Shown here in pieces: positions 53,060-61,542 of a stretch of 64,000 bases of DNA. This DNA is from a virus, in the IMG/VR virus record IMGVR_UViG_3300045988_060960; one strand, given 5' to 3'. The notes under the pieces were generated by a model, which was given only the letters and a program-made list of their open reading frames with translations, was not told the DNA's origin and did no database searches. The position numbers were made by a program, and so were the translations under genes. Position 1 is the first letter of the stretch. The number at the start of each line of letters is the position of its first letter.

Positions 53060-54455
53060 ACCTCTCCGCTACCTTTTCGATTAGGGCAGTCATAAGACCT
53101 ACGTGCTTGTTGTGCTTGAAGCCGCCGGGGTACTCGATGTTCAGCTCCTTTTCCAGATAAGTCTCATAGACTTCGTCGGGAAGCTGCTTGGGCTTCATGC
53201 AGGCGCAGTAGATATACCCAGCATTGCAGGCCAGAACGCCGACCTCATCGAAATAGTTTTCGAGGAGCGCAACATAGCTCTCACGGGTGTGGAACTTCTG
53301 CTTAAACACGATGCCGTTGGTGACGCCAAGCGTGTAGTTCTTGTCATCAAGATACCACAGGCAGTCACCCGCTCCGGCGGACAGCTTGGTTTTGTCGTAT
53401 GCCTTCTCAACATACGCAAGGTTTCTGGTGCAGGTAATCAGAACGCCGCTGGCTTTCAGAACGGCATTACAGGCGGTGAGAACCGCCTTCTCGAACTCAT
53501 CGTCCACGACAGAGTTGATTACGGCTTCCAGAACGCAGTAATCGAACAATCCGTCTGTGCGGACGTGCCGCTCGGCGCTCAGAATGTTGGCGATGATGCC
53601 CTTCATGTCCAGCTTGTTCGCGCCCTTCACCATAAGGGACGGCTCATACGCATGAATGTCGTAGCCCTTGGATTTCAGCAGCTTCACATAGGCCATGCGC
53701 CCCGCCCCGATGTCGATGATACTGTCCGACCGCTGCAAGCGTGGAATCAGGTACTTCTCATACAGGACAGAAGAATTGGACTGCCGGCCATCCGTACTCA
53801 GGCGCTTGGGCTGCGCAAGGAACTGGTGGTAGGTCTGAACACCGAGATTGTCGAAGTTGTACTTGCCGTACTCGACGCCCATACATTCGAGGAACTCGGC
53901 AACATCCTCGTTTTGGATGGCGTAGCACAGAACGCCGTAGCCCAGCTTCTTGGAGCAGTAGGCATACTCGGAGTTGAGGATGACATTGCCATCCCCATCC
54001 GTAACAACACTGCCCCACTCGCCGTAGCGGGACATCAGCTTGGTGATCTCCGAGCACACGAGAACATTCTGCGGCTCGCTCTCGATCTTGATTTTGTCCG
54101 AGGGGCAATAGTGGTAGCCGCCCACCGTGAACTCCTCGATGCGAACCGTGGTTTTGCTGGTCTCAATCGAGTTGTGCATCAGGTTGAACAGAATCTCGTC
54201 CTGAAGATTGGGGCTTTTGATTCTGATACAAGGCAGGTACTCCAAGCCGATGGCAGTGGCCGCCTTCTTTCTCTGGTGGCCGGCGGTGATGACATTGTTG
54301 GTGGAGTTGACAATCAGGGGCTTAACCATGCCAAACCGACGGATGCTGTGCTGAAGGGCTTCCAGCGCCTCTGGCGTGATGGAGCGGGGGTTGTACTCTG
54401 ATCCGGTTACTTCGTCGATCGGAACCTTCTCCACGAAATCAATCACGGTTTTCAA
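53052..54455 (-). CDS. ParB-N (ParB/Srx-like) domain fused to a class I SAM-dependent methyltransferase
   Basis: N-terminus: EYNPRSITPEALEALQHSIRRFGMVKPLIVN..ITAGHQRKKAA. C-terminus: motif I IIDIGAGRMAY, acidic post-I HAYEPS, motif II FDYCVLEAVINSV. I saw no [DNS]PP[YFW] tetrad anywhere in the 467 aa. Confidence 0.8.
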   Translation of the reverse strand: MKTVIDFVEKVPIDEVTGSEYNPRSITPEALEALQHSIRRFGMVKPLIVNSTNNVITAGHQRKKAATAIGLEYLPCIRIKSPNLQDEILFNLMHNSIETSKTTVRIEEFTVGGYHYCPSDKIKIESEPQNVLVCSEITKLMSRYGEWGSVVTDGDGNVILNSEYAYCSKKLGYGVLCYAIQNEDVAEFLECMGVEYGKYNFDNLGVQTYHQFLAQPKRLSTDGRQSNSSVLYEKYLIPRLQRSDSIIDIGAGRMAYVKLLKSKGYDIHAYEPSLMVKGANKLDMKGIIANILSAERHVRTDGLFDYCVLEAVINSVVDDEFEKAVLTACNAVLKASGVLITCTRNLAYVEKAYDKTKLSAGAGDCLWYLDDKNYTLGVTNGIVFKQKFHTRESYVALLENYFDEVGVLACNAGYIYCACMKPKQLPDEVYETYLEKELNIEYPGGFKHNKHVGLMTALIEKVAERYG

Positions 54456-55296
54456 CCCCCTTCAGAAGATAATTCGCAAAGCTCTCCGCCAGAATTGCGC
54501 CAGAGTCGATGTACTCCTTGTACTTCTCGTTCAGCCGGTCCATCTCCACCTGGGAGATGAAGAACGACACATCGCCGAACCGGAACTGACAGAACGGAAG
54601 AGCTGCTTTGGATTCCTTTTTCTGAGGCTCGTCATCGGCTTCGGGGGCCTCATAGGACGCTGCGTTTTCGGCTGCGGGAACGGAAGCGGCGGGCACATCA
54701 GGCTGGGACGCCAGCGTGGGATAGGAAACCTCCGGCGTCGGGGCCGTATCAACTTCATCATACCCGCCCGCAACTGCATCATTTTCTGCGTTGATGATGG
54801 AATTGCTGTCAACGGTGTGGACGGTGGGCTTCTTGGCCTTGGGCTTGTCGTTTACGCCCATGAAGTTGAAAGCCGGAATCTTGATCTCAGCCTGCTCCGG
54901 CTCGATGTCAAACACCTCGGTGCTCAGCTCGAAGCGATCCAACAGCAGCTGGTTCTTGTCAAGCGTGAGGTCAACGAGGGACAGTTCTTCTTTCAGCTTC
55001 TCAAAGTCCCAGTCGCTGTACTCGCTGGTTTTGTTGTCAACCAGTCGGAACAGATTGATCTGCTCCTCAGACAGCTCATCTGCGACGATGCAGGGAACAG
55101 TCTGGATTCCCATTTCACGGCAGGCCCGCACACGGGTGTGACCGCACACGATTGTGTAATTCATGTCGATAACAACCGGGAACAAGAAGCCGAACCGCTC
55201 GATGCTGTATTTCACCTTCTCTACGGCAAGGTCGTTGTTTCGCGGGTTGTTCTCATATTCCCGCAGACGGGATACGGAAACTTCTCTGATGTTCAT
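54439..55296 (-). CDS. ParB-N domain protein (285 aa)
   Basis: LREYENNPRNNDLAVEKVKYSIERFGFLFPVVID..IVCGHTRVRACREMG. The C-terminal motif FRFGDVSFF...RLNEKYKEYI is shared with the next gene. Confidence 0.8.
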   Translation of the reverse strand: MNIREVSVSRLREYENNPRNNDLAVEKVKYSIERFGFLFPVVIDMNYTIVCGHTRVRACREMGIQTVPCIVADELSEEQINLFRLVDNKTSEYSDWDFEKLKEELSLVDLTLDKNQLLLDRFELSTEVFDIEPEQAEIKIPAFNFMGVNDKPKAKKPTVHTVDSNSIINAENDAVAGGYDEVDTAPTPEVSYPTLASQPDVPAASVPAAENAASYEAPEADDEPQKKESKAALPFCQFRFGDVSFFISQVEMDRLNEKYKEYIDSGAILAESFANYLLKGVENRD

Positions 55297-55820
55297 TCTG
55301 CATTACCTCCCGTCAGATACAGGACAAAACCAAGGTAGGTCTTGTTCTTTTCGATATACGCGTCGTATACGGCCTTCAGGCGGGCGTATTCTTCTTCGGA
55401 CAGCGGAAGTTCTGTGCTGCCGAAAATGAGGCATTTGTGCTCAGTGAAGAACTTTCTGTCCCTGTTCGGCGTGAAGAAGGTGGTCTTGAAATCCATGCCG
55501 ATGCCGCTCAGCTCTTTGTGCAGCTTACCGACATCCCACGTGGAATACTCGTGGCTCTTGTTGTCGATGATCCGGGCCAACTTGGCATCTTCCTCAGACA
55601 TTTCCTGAACAATGCAGGGAACCTCGGTCATTCCAAGCCGTTTCGCGGCCTTCAATCTGGTGTGGCCGGAGATGATGACATTATTCGCGTCGATAGTGAT
55701 AGGGTTGAGGAATCCGAACTCGCGGATGCTTTCTGCAACCTTCGCGACACCGCCATCATTCCGGCGGGCATTTCCCTCGTATTCAACGAGTTCATCTACC
55801 CGCTTGTAAACAATTTCCAT
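55293..55820 (-). CDS. ParB-N domain protein (175 aa)
   Basis: LVEYEGNARRNDGGVAKVAESIREFGFLNPITID..IISGHTRLKAAKRLG. The C-terminal motif is LIFGSTELP...RLKAVYDAYI. Confidence 0.8.
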   Translation of the reverse strand: MEIVYKRVDELVEYEGNARRNDGGVAKVAESIREFGFLNPITIDANNVIISGHTRLKAAKRLGMTEVPCIVQEMSEEDAKLARIIDNKSHEYSTWDVGKLHKELSGIGMDFKTTFFTPNRDRKFFTEHKCLIFGSTELPLSEEEYARLKAVYDAYIEKNKTYLGFVLYLTGGNAE

Positions 55821-55840
55821 GTCGTGTCCTCCTTGTGTGT

Positions 55841-55880
55841 GAGCATAAAAAATGGGAGCCTTTCAGAACGGAAGGCTCCC
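55841..55880 (-). terminator. Rho-independent terminator after the SAM synthetase gene
   Basis: On the minus strand, the 9-bp stem GGGAGCCTT / AAGGCTCCC has a 9-nt loop and is followed by ATTTTTT. Confidence 0.7.
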
Positions 55881-55905
55881 AAATTTATCAGGTATTCAGT
55901 TTCCG

Positions 55906-56700
55906 TTAAAACAGGCCCCACTCAGCGAACTTTTCAAAACCGCCGCAGTTCTTGATAAACTCTCTGGCGATCTCAACGATTTCGCTGTAAGGCTTCCCGT
56001 CAACCTCGTCGTCGCCGATGGCGCAGAACAGCTTGACCGGCTTGCCGGTATGCTGCGCTTTGAGGAAAGCGTAAATATTGACGGACACATCCGCCTTGGA
56101 CAGGTCCTTTCCGTGCAGCCCGCCGCCCGTGACAGAATCAGCCATGTCAGAGCCGAGCTTTCGGTTAGTTGCTCCGGTATCAACATCCGTTCCGCCAGTC
56201 CAGTCGCCGAGCGGGTTGATCTCGGCGGTGGGGTACATCTTTTCGAGGTCTGCCTTCGCAGCGTTGCTCTGGCAGATAATGAGCTGATCTTCGCTCTTGA
56301 TATACTTGCCGTCAAACGGATAGGCTGCATAGATGTCGTGGGCAATCGCGGAGAGCGTCTTCTGCTCCTCCGTGAGCGGCATCCCTTTGAAGATACCGTT
56401 GTCGCCGCAGTGAACACCCCGCTCCTGATTTCCTGCGAGGTGTACATCCTGCGGGACGATAACGAGGTCGATCTGCACGAAGCCAGCGATGCGGCGGATC
56501 GCGTTGTGGATTGCAACGACAACTTCGGGCATAAGAAGCGGCGCCGAAGTCTCGACAACCGCATGGCATACGCCGTGGCCCACCAGAACCTCAACCGCGA
56601 TTTTGGGGTCGGGCTGTACCTGATAGGCAATGTCTACGATCGCGCCGGCAATCCGGTCTGCGATTTTGTCCGGGTGGGACGGATTTACTTTCTCAATCAT
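55906..56700 (-). CDS. Miniature S-adenosylmethionine synthetase (MAT/MetK-like, 264 aa)
   Basis: SHPDKIADRIAGAIVD (compare GHPDKICDQISDA), CGDNGIFKG (compare GDQGLMFGY), and TGATNRKLGSD...GGGLHGKDLSKADVSVN (compare TGRK...GGGAFSGKDPSKVDRSA). Confidence 0.8.
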   Translation of the reverse strand: MIEKVNPSHPDKIADRIAGAIVDIAYQVQPDPKIAVEVLVGHGVCHAVVETSAPLLMPEVVVAIHNAIRRIAGFVQIDLVIVPQDVHLAGNQERGVHCGDNGIFKGMPLTEEQKTLSAIAHDIYAAYPFDGKYIKSEDQLIICQSNAAKADLEKMYPTAEINPLGDWTGGTDVDTGATNRKLGSDMADSVTGGGLHGKDLSKADVSVNIYAFLKAQHTGKPVKLFCAIGDDEVDGKPYSEIVEIAREFIKNCGGFEKFAEWGLF

Positions 56701-56704
56701 GGTC

Positions 56705-57541
56705 TCAGTTCCTTTGCTTTATTTTTTCGTTCCCGTTGAGAGGCGGCCCGAGGAGGTCGCAATCCACGTCAGGAGCGGGCTGAACATAGCCGTAGTGGTT
56801 TGCATAACAGTAGGCGCAGCCGTTGCTGCAAGTGCTGTACGCACCGATATCGACGCTCTCAACGCATTGGCAAAGGCCGCGCTGGTTGCGGTCCTTTGGC
56901 TTGTCAACGCCAAACATTTTTCCATCGACGCAGCAAGAATGGGGTATTCCCAAATCCTCTGCGCAGGAACTTAAAACGATCCCGTGCTGCCGTGCAATCT
57001 CGAAAAGTTCCTGCGCAAATTCGCGCTGCTGCTCCGGCGACAAGGGCTGTATTTTGAGCGGTCGGAGGTCTACGCTTCGGTAGGAATCGACGAAGCTCAT
57101 CACCGCCTTATACGTGTGGCCTTCGAGCGCCTCCGCGATTTTGGTAAAAGCCCTGACGTGATAATCCCAGGTGTATTTCTCATTCAGAAAGACGGGATCG
57201 TAACGCCAGATGGCCTTATCCGCCCCGATCTTTTTGAACGCCGGAATAACAATCTCGTTCTTATCGGGAATATTCCGCTCCACATCCCGGCCATACGGGG
57301 TGATGGTGTACTGGAAATAATATTTGAACGCATCCAGCTCGTGAATTCTATCGAGCATGGGGGCTGCGTTTTTGGTCCAAAAAACAAACCCATCTACTTT
57401 GTCGGGCGTGAGGGATACACGCCCGACTTGTAGAGGGTTGTATGGGTTTCTAAGGAGGACAAATCCCTTACCCACGCGGTTGTAAAACCACTCGGAGAAC
57501 AAAGCCGGGATGTCCGTCCGTCTACTTGCGCTCACGATCAT
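56705..57541 (-). CDS. DUF1848-like protein with a C-terminal Cys cluster (putative Fe-S, radical-SAM-like)
   Basis: The N-terminus is MIVSASRRTDIPALFSEWFYNRV and the C-terminus is GLCQCVESVDIGAYSTCSNGCAYCYANH. Start set at 57541 (ATGA overlap with the upstream gene). The track ORF extends further by read-through. Confidence 0.8.
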   Translation of the reverse strand: MIVSASRRTDIPALFSEWFYNRVGKGFVLLRNPYNPLQVGRVSLTPDKVDGFVFWTKNAAPMLDRIHELDAFKYYFQYTITPYGRDVERNIPDKNEIVIPAFKKIGADKAIWRYDPVFLNEKYTWDYHVRAFTKIAEALEGHTYKAVMSFVDSYRSVDLRPLKIQPLSPEQQREFAQELFEIARQHGIVLSSCAEDLGIPHSCCVDGKMFGVDKPKDRNQRGLCQCVESVDIGAYSTCSNGCAYCYANHYGYVQPAPDVDCDLLGPPLNGNEKIKQRN

Positions 57542-58008
57542 AATGGCATCCCATCCTTCAAGTAATTCGCAAATATCCAGTTTCGGCAGGTCCGCTGAGA
57601 CTTTGTATAAACTCCGGGCGGATTCGGAACATAGTCCCAGAAGTGAATTCTGCGGGCGTTTGTGATGTCGAGCTTGATTCTGTCGTTTTCGATGTGAACT
57701 TCCGAATTGCTGTCCGGCACAAACGCGACGTGCGTATTCAACTCCCACACAAAACCATCGCTCAGCCCGCAAAGATAATACGCTTTCGCTCGCGGGCTTT
57801 GCCCCACCATGATGTCAACAACGGCCTGCGATTTGTGCAGTGTTCCGTAGTAGACCCGGTTGTCCTTCTCGCCGATAAAACACTTGGCGCAGCATTGCGA
57901 GATGTCAACGTCCCGAATGTCTCGGAGCCAGAAGAAATTGCATTTCTTCCGAATCTCCAATCGCAGGTGCATCGGCGCGTGTGTAACTATGAAATCCGAT
58001 GGTATCAT
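57538..58008 (-). CDS. Cys-containing 145-aa family protein, paralog 3 of 3
   Basis: MHLRLEIRKKCNFFWLRDIR..CCAKCFIG..AYYLCGLS..NTHVAFVP..TCRNWIFANY. The likely true start is the ATG at 57972, because the ATG at 58008 lies inside the -10 box. Confidence 0.8.
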   Translation of the reverse strand: MIPSDFIVTHAPMHLRLEIRKKCNFFWLRDIRDVDISQCCAKCFIGEKDNRVYYGTLHKSQAVVDIMVGQSPRAKAYYLCGLSDGFVWELNTHVAFVPDSNSEVHIENDRIKLDITNARRIHFWDYVPNPPGVYTKSQRTCRNWIFANYLKDGMPL

Positions 58009-58036
58009 TATAGCACCCCCTTAAATGACAGGTCAA
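58007..58036 (-). promoter_or_regulatory. Candidate promoter TTGACC-18-TATAAT for the three-gene SAM cassette
   Basis: On the minus strand, TTGACC is at 58036-58031 and TATAAT at 58012-58007. Confidence 0.45.
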
Positions 58037-58440
58037 TGACAGCTTTGTGACACGACGGAGACCCCTTGAATTTCAGGGTTCTGCGCCATGATCCAGTTCC
58101 CGAACTCGGTCAGGATCACCTCGCAGGGGCAAGAAAGCGCCGGCAAGAACTCCACGCCGGTCTCACTCATCGCACTGCGAACCGCAATGAACTCGCGGTC
58201 ATACCCGCTCACACGAGTTCTGGAAACCTTGGCTCGGTCGCCGTGGTCAGTGAAGCTCTCGAACAATGCGTGAGCGAGCGGATTTCCGGCGCTCAGCGAT
58301 TCACCCACAGTGAGCCGAGCTAAAACAACTTTGTAGCCTCCCGGAACAGTACCGACGAGGGTGTATTCACTGACGTTGCTCACGTAGTTCGGGAGAGGAT
58401 TGCCGCCCTCAAAGGGCTGCGGAATAAAATTCTTAATCAT
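58033..58440 (-). CDS. Hypothetical protein
   Basis: 135-aa ORF that overlaps its neighbours. Confidence 0.6.
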   Translation of the reverse strand: MIKNFIPQPFEGGNPLPNYVSNVSEYTLVGTVPGGYKVVLARLTVGESLSAGNPLAHALFESFTDHGDRAKVSRTRVSGYDREFIAVRSAMSETGVEFLPALSCPCEVILTEFGNWIMAQNPEIQGVSVVSQSCH

Positions 58441-58681
58441 CGTTGTCTACAACCTCCACAAAAGTATTTTCATCTTCGCAGTCCAGAGCGAGCATCAGGT
58501 CTGTATAGCTGGCGTTCTGAATTTCGATGGAACGCGAATTGGTGAGATCGCGTACCGTGATTTTCCGAGTGGGATGAAGGGCAGATACGAGATCAACCAG
58601 GTATTTCAAAACGCAGCAAACCAGAACCGTAAAACCGAGCCAGATCCAGAAGCTCGAAAAGATAAACTTAATAAATTCCAT
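58433..58681 (-). CDS. Small membrane protein (82 aa)
   Basis: The ATG overlaps the upstream stop. The product begins MEFIKFIFSSFWIWLGFTVLVCCVL. Confidence 0.55.
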   Translation of the reverse strand: MEFIKFIFSSFWIWLGFTVLVCCVLKYLVDLVSALHPTRKITVRDLTNSRSIEIQNASYTDLMLALDCEDENTFVEVVDNDD

Positions 58682-59223
58682 CACACGTTTCCTCCTCCAA
58701 CTGTTGAATCGTGCCACTGCAAACCGCGCTTTTTGTAAAGCGGAATCCAATGTTCGGCGTAGAAATCATAACCGGCTCCGTCGATTCCGAAGAAGTACCC
58801 CCACTCATCGTGGTGATAAATTCGGAATCCGCAGTCCGACATCGCACGAATGCCATCCTCATTTTCGAGCCAGTAATCATCGCAGGAATCTCCGAAGCTC
58901 CACATCGTTCCCCACATGGGGAGCGGATCATCGTTTGCCAATTCCAGATTATCCGGTTCTACGAGGATGGAAGGTCCTCCATCCAGATCCACACGGTACT
59001 TGTCGATCTCCGCGGAATACGCGACGACCTCGCCGAGATGTTCCAGCGTGTCACAATTTTCGGGCAGATCGAATACGTAAACCCGCCTGCCGGCACTGGG
59101 AAACGTCAGCTCCTCCCACTCCTCGCACTTAGACTGCATGAGCCGCTCAATCATACCCTGCGGAATGGCATTGAACTCGCGGACCCATTTTTGAGTGGCG
59201 TCATTTATAGATAAGCCTTTCAT
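58681..59223 (-). CDS. Hypothetical conserved phage protein
   Basis: 180 aa. It has a PMWGTMWSF...GIDGAGYDFYAEHWIPLYKKRGLQWH block. I recall the pattern from phage proteins of unknown function. Confidence 0.65.
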   Translation of the reverse strand: MKGLSINDATQKWVREFNAIPQGMIERLMQSKCEEWEELTFPSAGRRVYVFDLPENCDTLEHLGEVVAYSAEIDKYRVDLDGGPSILVEPDNLELANDDPLPMWGTMWSFGDSCDDYWLENEDGIRAMSDCGFRIYHHDEWGYFFGIDGAGYDFYAEHWIPLYKKRGLQWHDSTVGGGNV

Positions 59224-59238
59224 GTCCTTTTCACCTCC

Positions 59239-59940
59239 TTACAGTTCATACTCTTTGGGTCGCCCAGCCTTTCCCTTGTACCGAACGCTGGGACGCACCC
59301 ACACAGTTTTGCCGGACTTGTAATGCCGCAAGTGGCCTCTGATATTGACCTCGTGCTCAGGCTTGGTATACTTGCGCTTGGCGCCTTCCGGCTTCGGCAA
59401 ATCCTCCGGCTGGAAATCGCCGAGCGTGTAGATGCGTCGGATGAGGGGCTGCGGTCGCCGTATGTGGCGGCCTTTTTTCTTGGACTTCGCAGGTCGATGC
59501 TCCGTTCGCTGCTCGACCTTGACCACCTCCCGGTAGTGGGTCATAAACAGCATCAGCGCGTGATACTTCTGCGCCTCTTTCCGGCACATATTGTCCGACA
59601 TGACGAGCACATTGAGCAGCTCCAAATCCACCGCAGTCTGACTACCTGCCGGAGCCACCCGGCGGTTTCGGATTTCGGTGGTCTCCGGGTCATAGTCGAA
59701 CGCCACGATGGGCGGGAGGTTCGGCTTCGTTGTGACATACACAACGATCTCCGCGAAGCTGCCCTTGCTCTCGAACGTGAACTCGACCTGCTCCTCGCAA
59801 AGTTCCACAACACCGGATTCCATAGGGGCCAGAAATTTCTCGCGGTCGAGCCAGTTGAAGTTCTCGAAGTACCAATCGAGAACCAGCTGCATACGAGCGT
59901 TGCTCTTAACAATGATGCGATCAGCCGAGTTCCTGTTCAC
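59239..59940 (-). CDS. Hypothetical protein with a basic C-terminus
   Basis: 233 aa. A GTG start follows GGAGGG. Confidence 0.65.
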   Translation of the reverse strand: MNRNSADRIIVKSNARMQLVLDWYFENFNWLDREKFLAPMESGVVELCEEQVEFTFESKGSFAEIVVYVTTKPNLPPIVAFDYDPETTEIRNRRVAPAGSQTAVDLELLNVLVMSDNMCRKEAQKYHALMLFMTHYREVVKVEQRTEHRPAKSKKKGRHIRRPQPLIRRIYTLGDFQPEDLPKPEGAKRKYTKPEHEVNIRGHLRHYKSGKTVWVRPSVRYKGKAGRPKEYEL

Positions 59941-59943
59941 AGG

Positions 59944-60561
59944 TCAACCCTCCAATCTGGTGCTCCACCGAGCAGCTTTTTCGCGGATGAACCGCTCAAC
60001 TTCATCCTGGTCCAATCCCAAAGCTGCCGCGCACACAACCACATCGGCGAACTCCTCATTCAAAGCGCGGGACGCCTCACTCGTACTGACCGGGGTGCGG
60101 TTGCGCTTGTCAATAGTTCTGCGCAACTTCAGTGCGGCCTGAGACAATTCAGCGGCTTCCTCTGCCAGCCCTGCCAGAAGCTCACAGCAGCCAAGCAAAG
60201 TGTGTACTTCCGCAAGCTCACGGCCCCAGTCTTCGAGAGCCTTTTCGATACTTACCTCCGGGCGAATTACCTCGCGGATAATCTCTACCCGAAGGCAGCC
60301 CTCGATATCCTCCGATTCGTCGGCATGGTCATAATCAGCGAGCTTAACTTTCAGAGCCAGATCCCGAGACGGGATGAAAGCATCCACAATGGAGGGGATG
60401 CAGCTGAACCCGTTGTCGGTGTTCCAGCAGACTGCGAAGTCCTTCCCGCTTTGCCGCAGAACGTAGCACAGCTCGTTCAGCGAGCGAGGGTTGCTCTTGG
60501 CGAGGAGCGGGTGCTTTGCAAACTCCTCGTCAAGCCAGGTCTTGAATTGCTCAATATTCAT
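59944..60561 (-). CDS. MazG-like nucleotide pyrophosphohydrolase domain protein
   Basis: The C-terminal half LLAGLAEEAAELSQAALKLRR...LNEEFADVVVCAAALGLD matches the MazG EExxE/helical pattern. The ATG at 60561 follows AAAAGGAGGA. Confidence 0.65.
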   Translation of the reverse strand: MNIEQFKTWLDEEFAKHPLLAKSNPRSLNELCYVLRQSGKDFAVCWNTDNGFSCIPSIVDAFIPSRDLALKVKLADYDHADESEDIEGCLRVEIIREVIRPEVSIEKALEDWGRELAEVHTLLGCCELLAGLAEEAAELSQAALKLRRTIDKRNRTPVSTSEASRALNEEFADVVVCAAALGLDQDEVERFIREKAARWSTRLEG

Positions 60562-60585
60562 CTCATGTCCTCCTTTTTTGGGCAA

Positions 60586-60615
60586 TAGAAAAAGGCCCGC
60601 CGGTTTGGCGGGCCT
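60586..60615 (-). terminator. Rho-independent terminator (minus strand), mirrored at 60868-60897
   Basis: The 9-bp stem AGGCCCGCC / GGCGGGCCT is followed by a T-run on the minus strand. Confidence 0.6.
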
Positions 60616-60921
60616 CTCGGTATAGGCAAATTCAGCTATCTATCAAGGTGGAAACTATACCAAAAAGTCTTTTGGACTTCAATGTATCACCGCCTATTCG
60701 CAATCTTTATGTCACAGAACAGCCATTAGTCACACGGGGTATACCCCGTGTGACTAATGGCTGTTCTGTGACATAAAGATTGCGAATAGGCGGTGATACA
60801 TTGAAGTCCAAAAGACTTTTTGGTATAGTTTCCACCTTGATAGATAGCTGAATTTGCCTATACCGAGAGGCCCGCCAAACCGGCGGGCCTTTTTCTATTG
60901 CCCAAAAAAGGAGGACATGAG

Positions 60922-61539
60922 ATGAATATTGAGCAATTCAAGACCTGGCTTGACGAGGAGTTTGCAAAGCACCCGCTCCTCGCCAAGAGCAACCCTCGCT
61001 CGCTGAACGAGCTGTGCTACGTTCTGCGGCAAAGCGGGAAGGACTTCGCAGTCTGCTGGAACACCGACAACGGGTTCAGCTGCATCCCCTCCATTGTGGA
61101 TGCTTTCATCCCGTCTCGGGATCTGGCTCTGAAAGTTAAGCTCGCTGATTATGACCATGCCGACGAATCGGAGGATATCGAGGGCTGCCTTCGGGTAGAG
61201 ATTATCCGCGAGGTAATTCGCCCGGAGGTAAGTATCGAAAAGGCTCTCGAAGACTGGGGCCGTGAGCTTGCGGAAGTACACACTTTGCTTGGCTGCTGTG
61301 AGCTTCTGGCAGGGCTGGCAGAGGAAGCCGCTGAATTGTCTCAGGCCGCACTGAAGTTGCGCAGAACTATTGACAAGCGCAACCGCACCCCGGTCAGTAC
61401 GAGTGAGGCGTCCCGCGCTTTGAATGAGGAGTTCGCCGATGTGGTTGTGTGCGCGGCAGCTTTGGGATTGGACCAGGATGAAGTTGAGCGGTTCATCCGC
61501 GAAAAAGCTGCTCGGTGGAGCACCAGATTGGAGGGTTGA
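60922..61539 (+). CDS. Mirror copy of the MazG-like gene
   Basis: Its translation is identical to 59944-60561. Confidence 0.5.
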   Translation: MNIEQFKTWLDEEFAKHPLLAKSNPRSLNELCYVLRQSGKDFAVCWNTDNGFSCIPSIVDAFIPSRDLALKVKLADYDHADESEDIEGCLRVEIIREVIRPEVSIEKALEDWGRELAEVHTLLGCCELLAGLAEEAAELSQAALKLRRTIDKRNRTPVSTSEASRALNEEFADVVVCAAALGLDQDEVERFIREKAARWSTRLEG

Positions 61540-61542
61540 CCT

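Larger units (their letters stand above)
1..60741. mobile_element. Temperate contractile-tailed phage/prophage genome segment, apparently in non-integrated (circular or replicative) gene order
   Basis: Contiguous phage modules are recognisable from the translations: early/accessory, replication, lysogeny switch plus serine integrase, lysis, DGR and fibres, baseplate/tape measure/sheath/tube, head, packaging, ParB/MTase/SAM. Phage genes lie on both sides of the integrase. I recognised no host genes. Confidence 0.85.

Noticed and set aside
57972-58008. A 12-codon N-terminal extension (MIPSDFIVTHAP) of paralog 3 from the ATG at 58008.
   Set aside because: That ATG lies inside the putative -10 hexamer (TATAATGA), and the other two paralogs start at the equivalent of MHL/MRV. 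I kept the full ORF coordinates in the feature but consider 57972 the likelier start.
59323-60588. A 421-aa ORF on the plus strand, with its mirror at 60895-62160.
   Set aside because: It is antisense to two better-supported genes that have ribosome-binding sites and a recognisable MazG-like domain. Its composition is Arg/Leu/Ala/Gly-rich, typical of shadow ORFs in GC-rich DNA, and it has no ribosome-binding site.
60675-60695. GACTTCAATGTATCACC near the palindrome centre resembles the sub-terminal part of the 313-bp element (GACTTAAATTCAGATGTTTCA / CAGATGTATCACC).
   Set aside because: Only about 14 of 20 nt match and the similarity does not extend. This is too weak to call a third copy.
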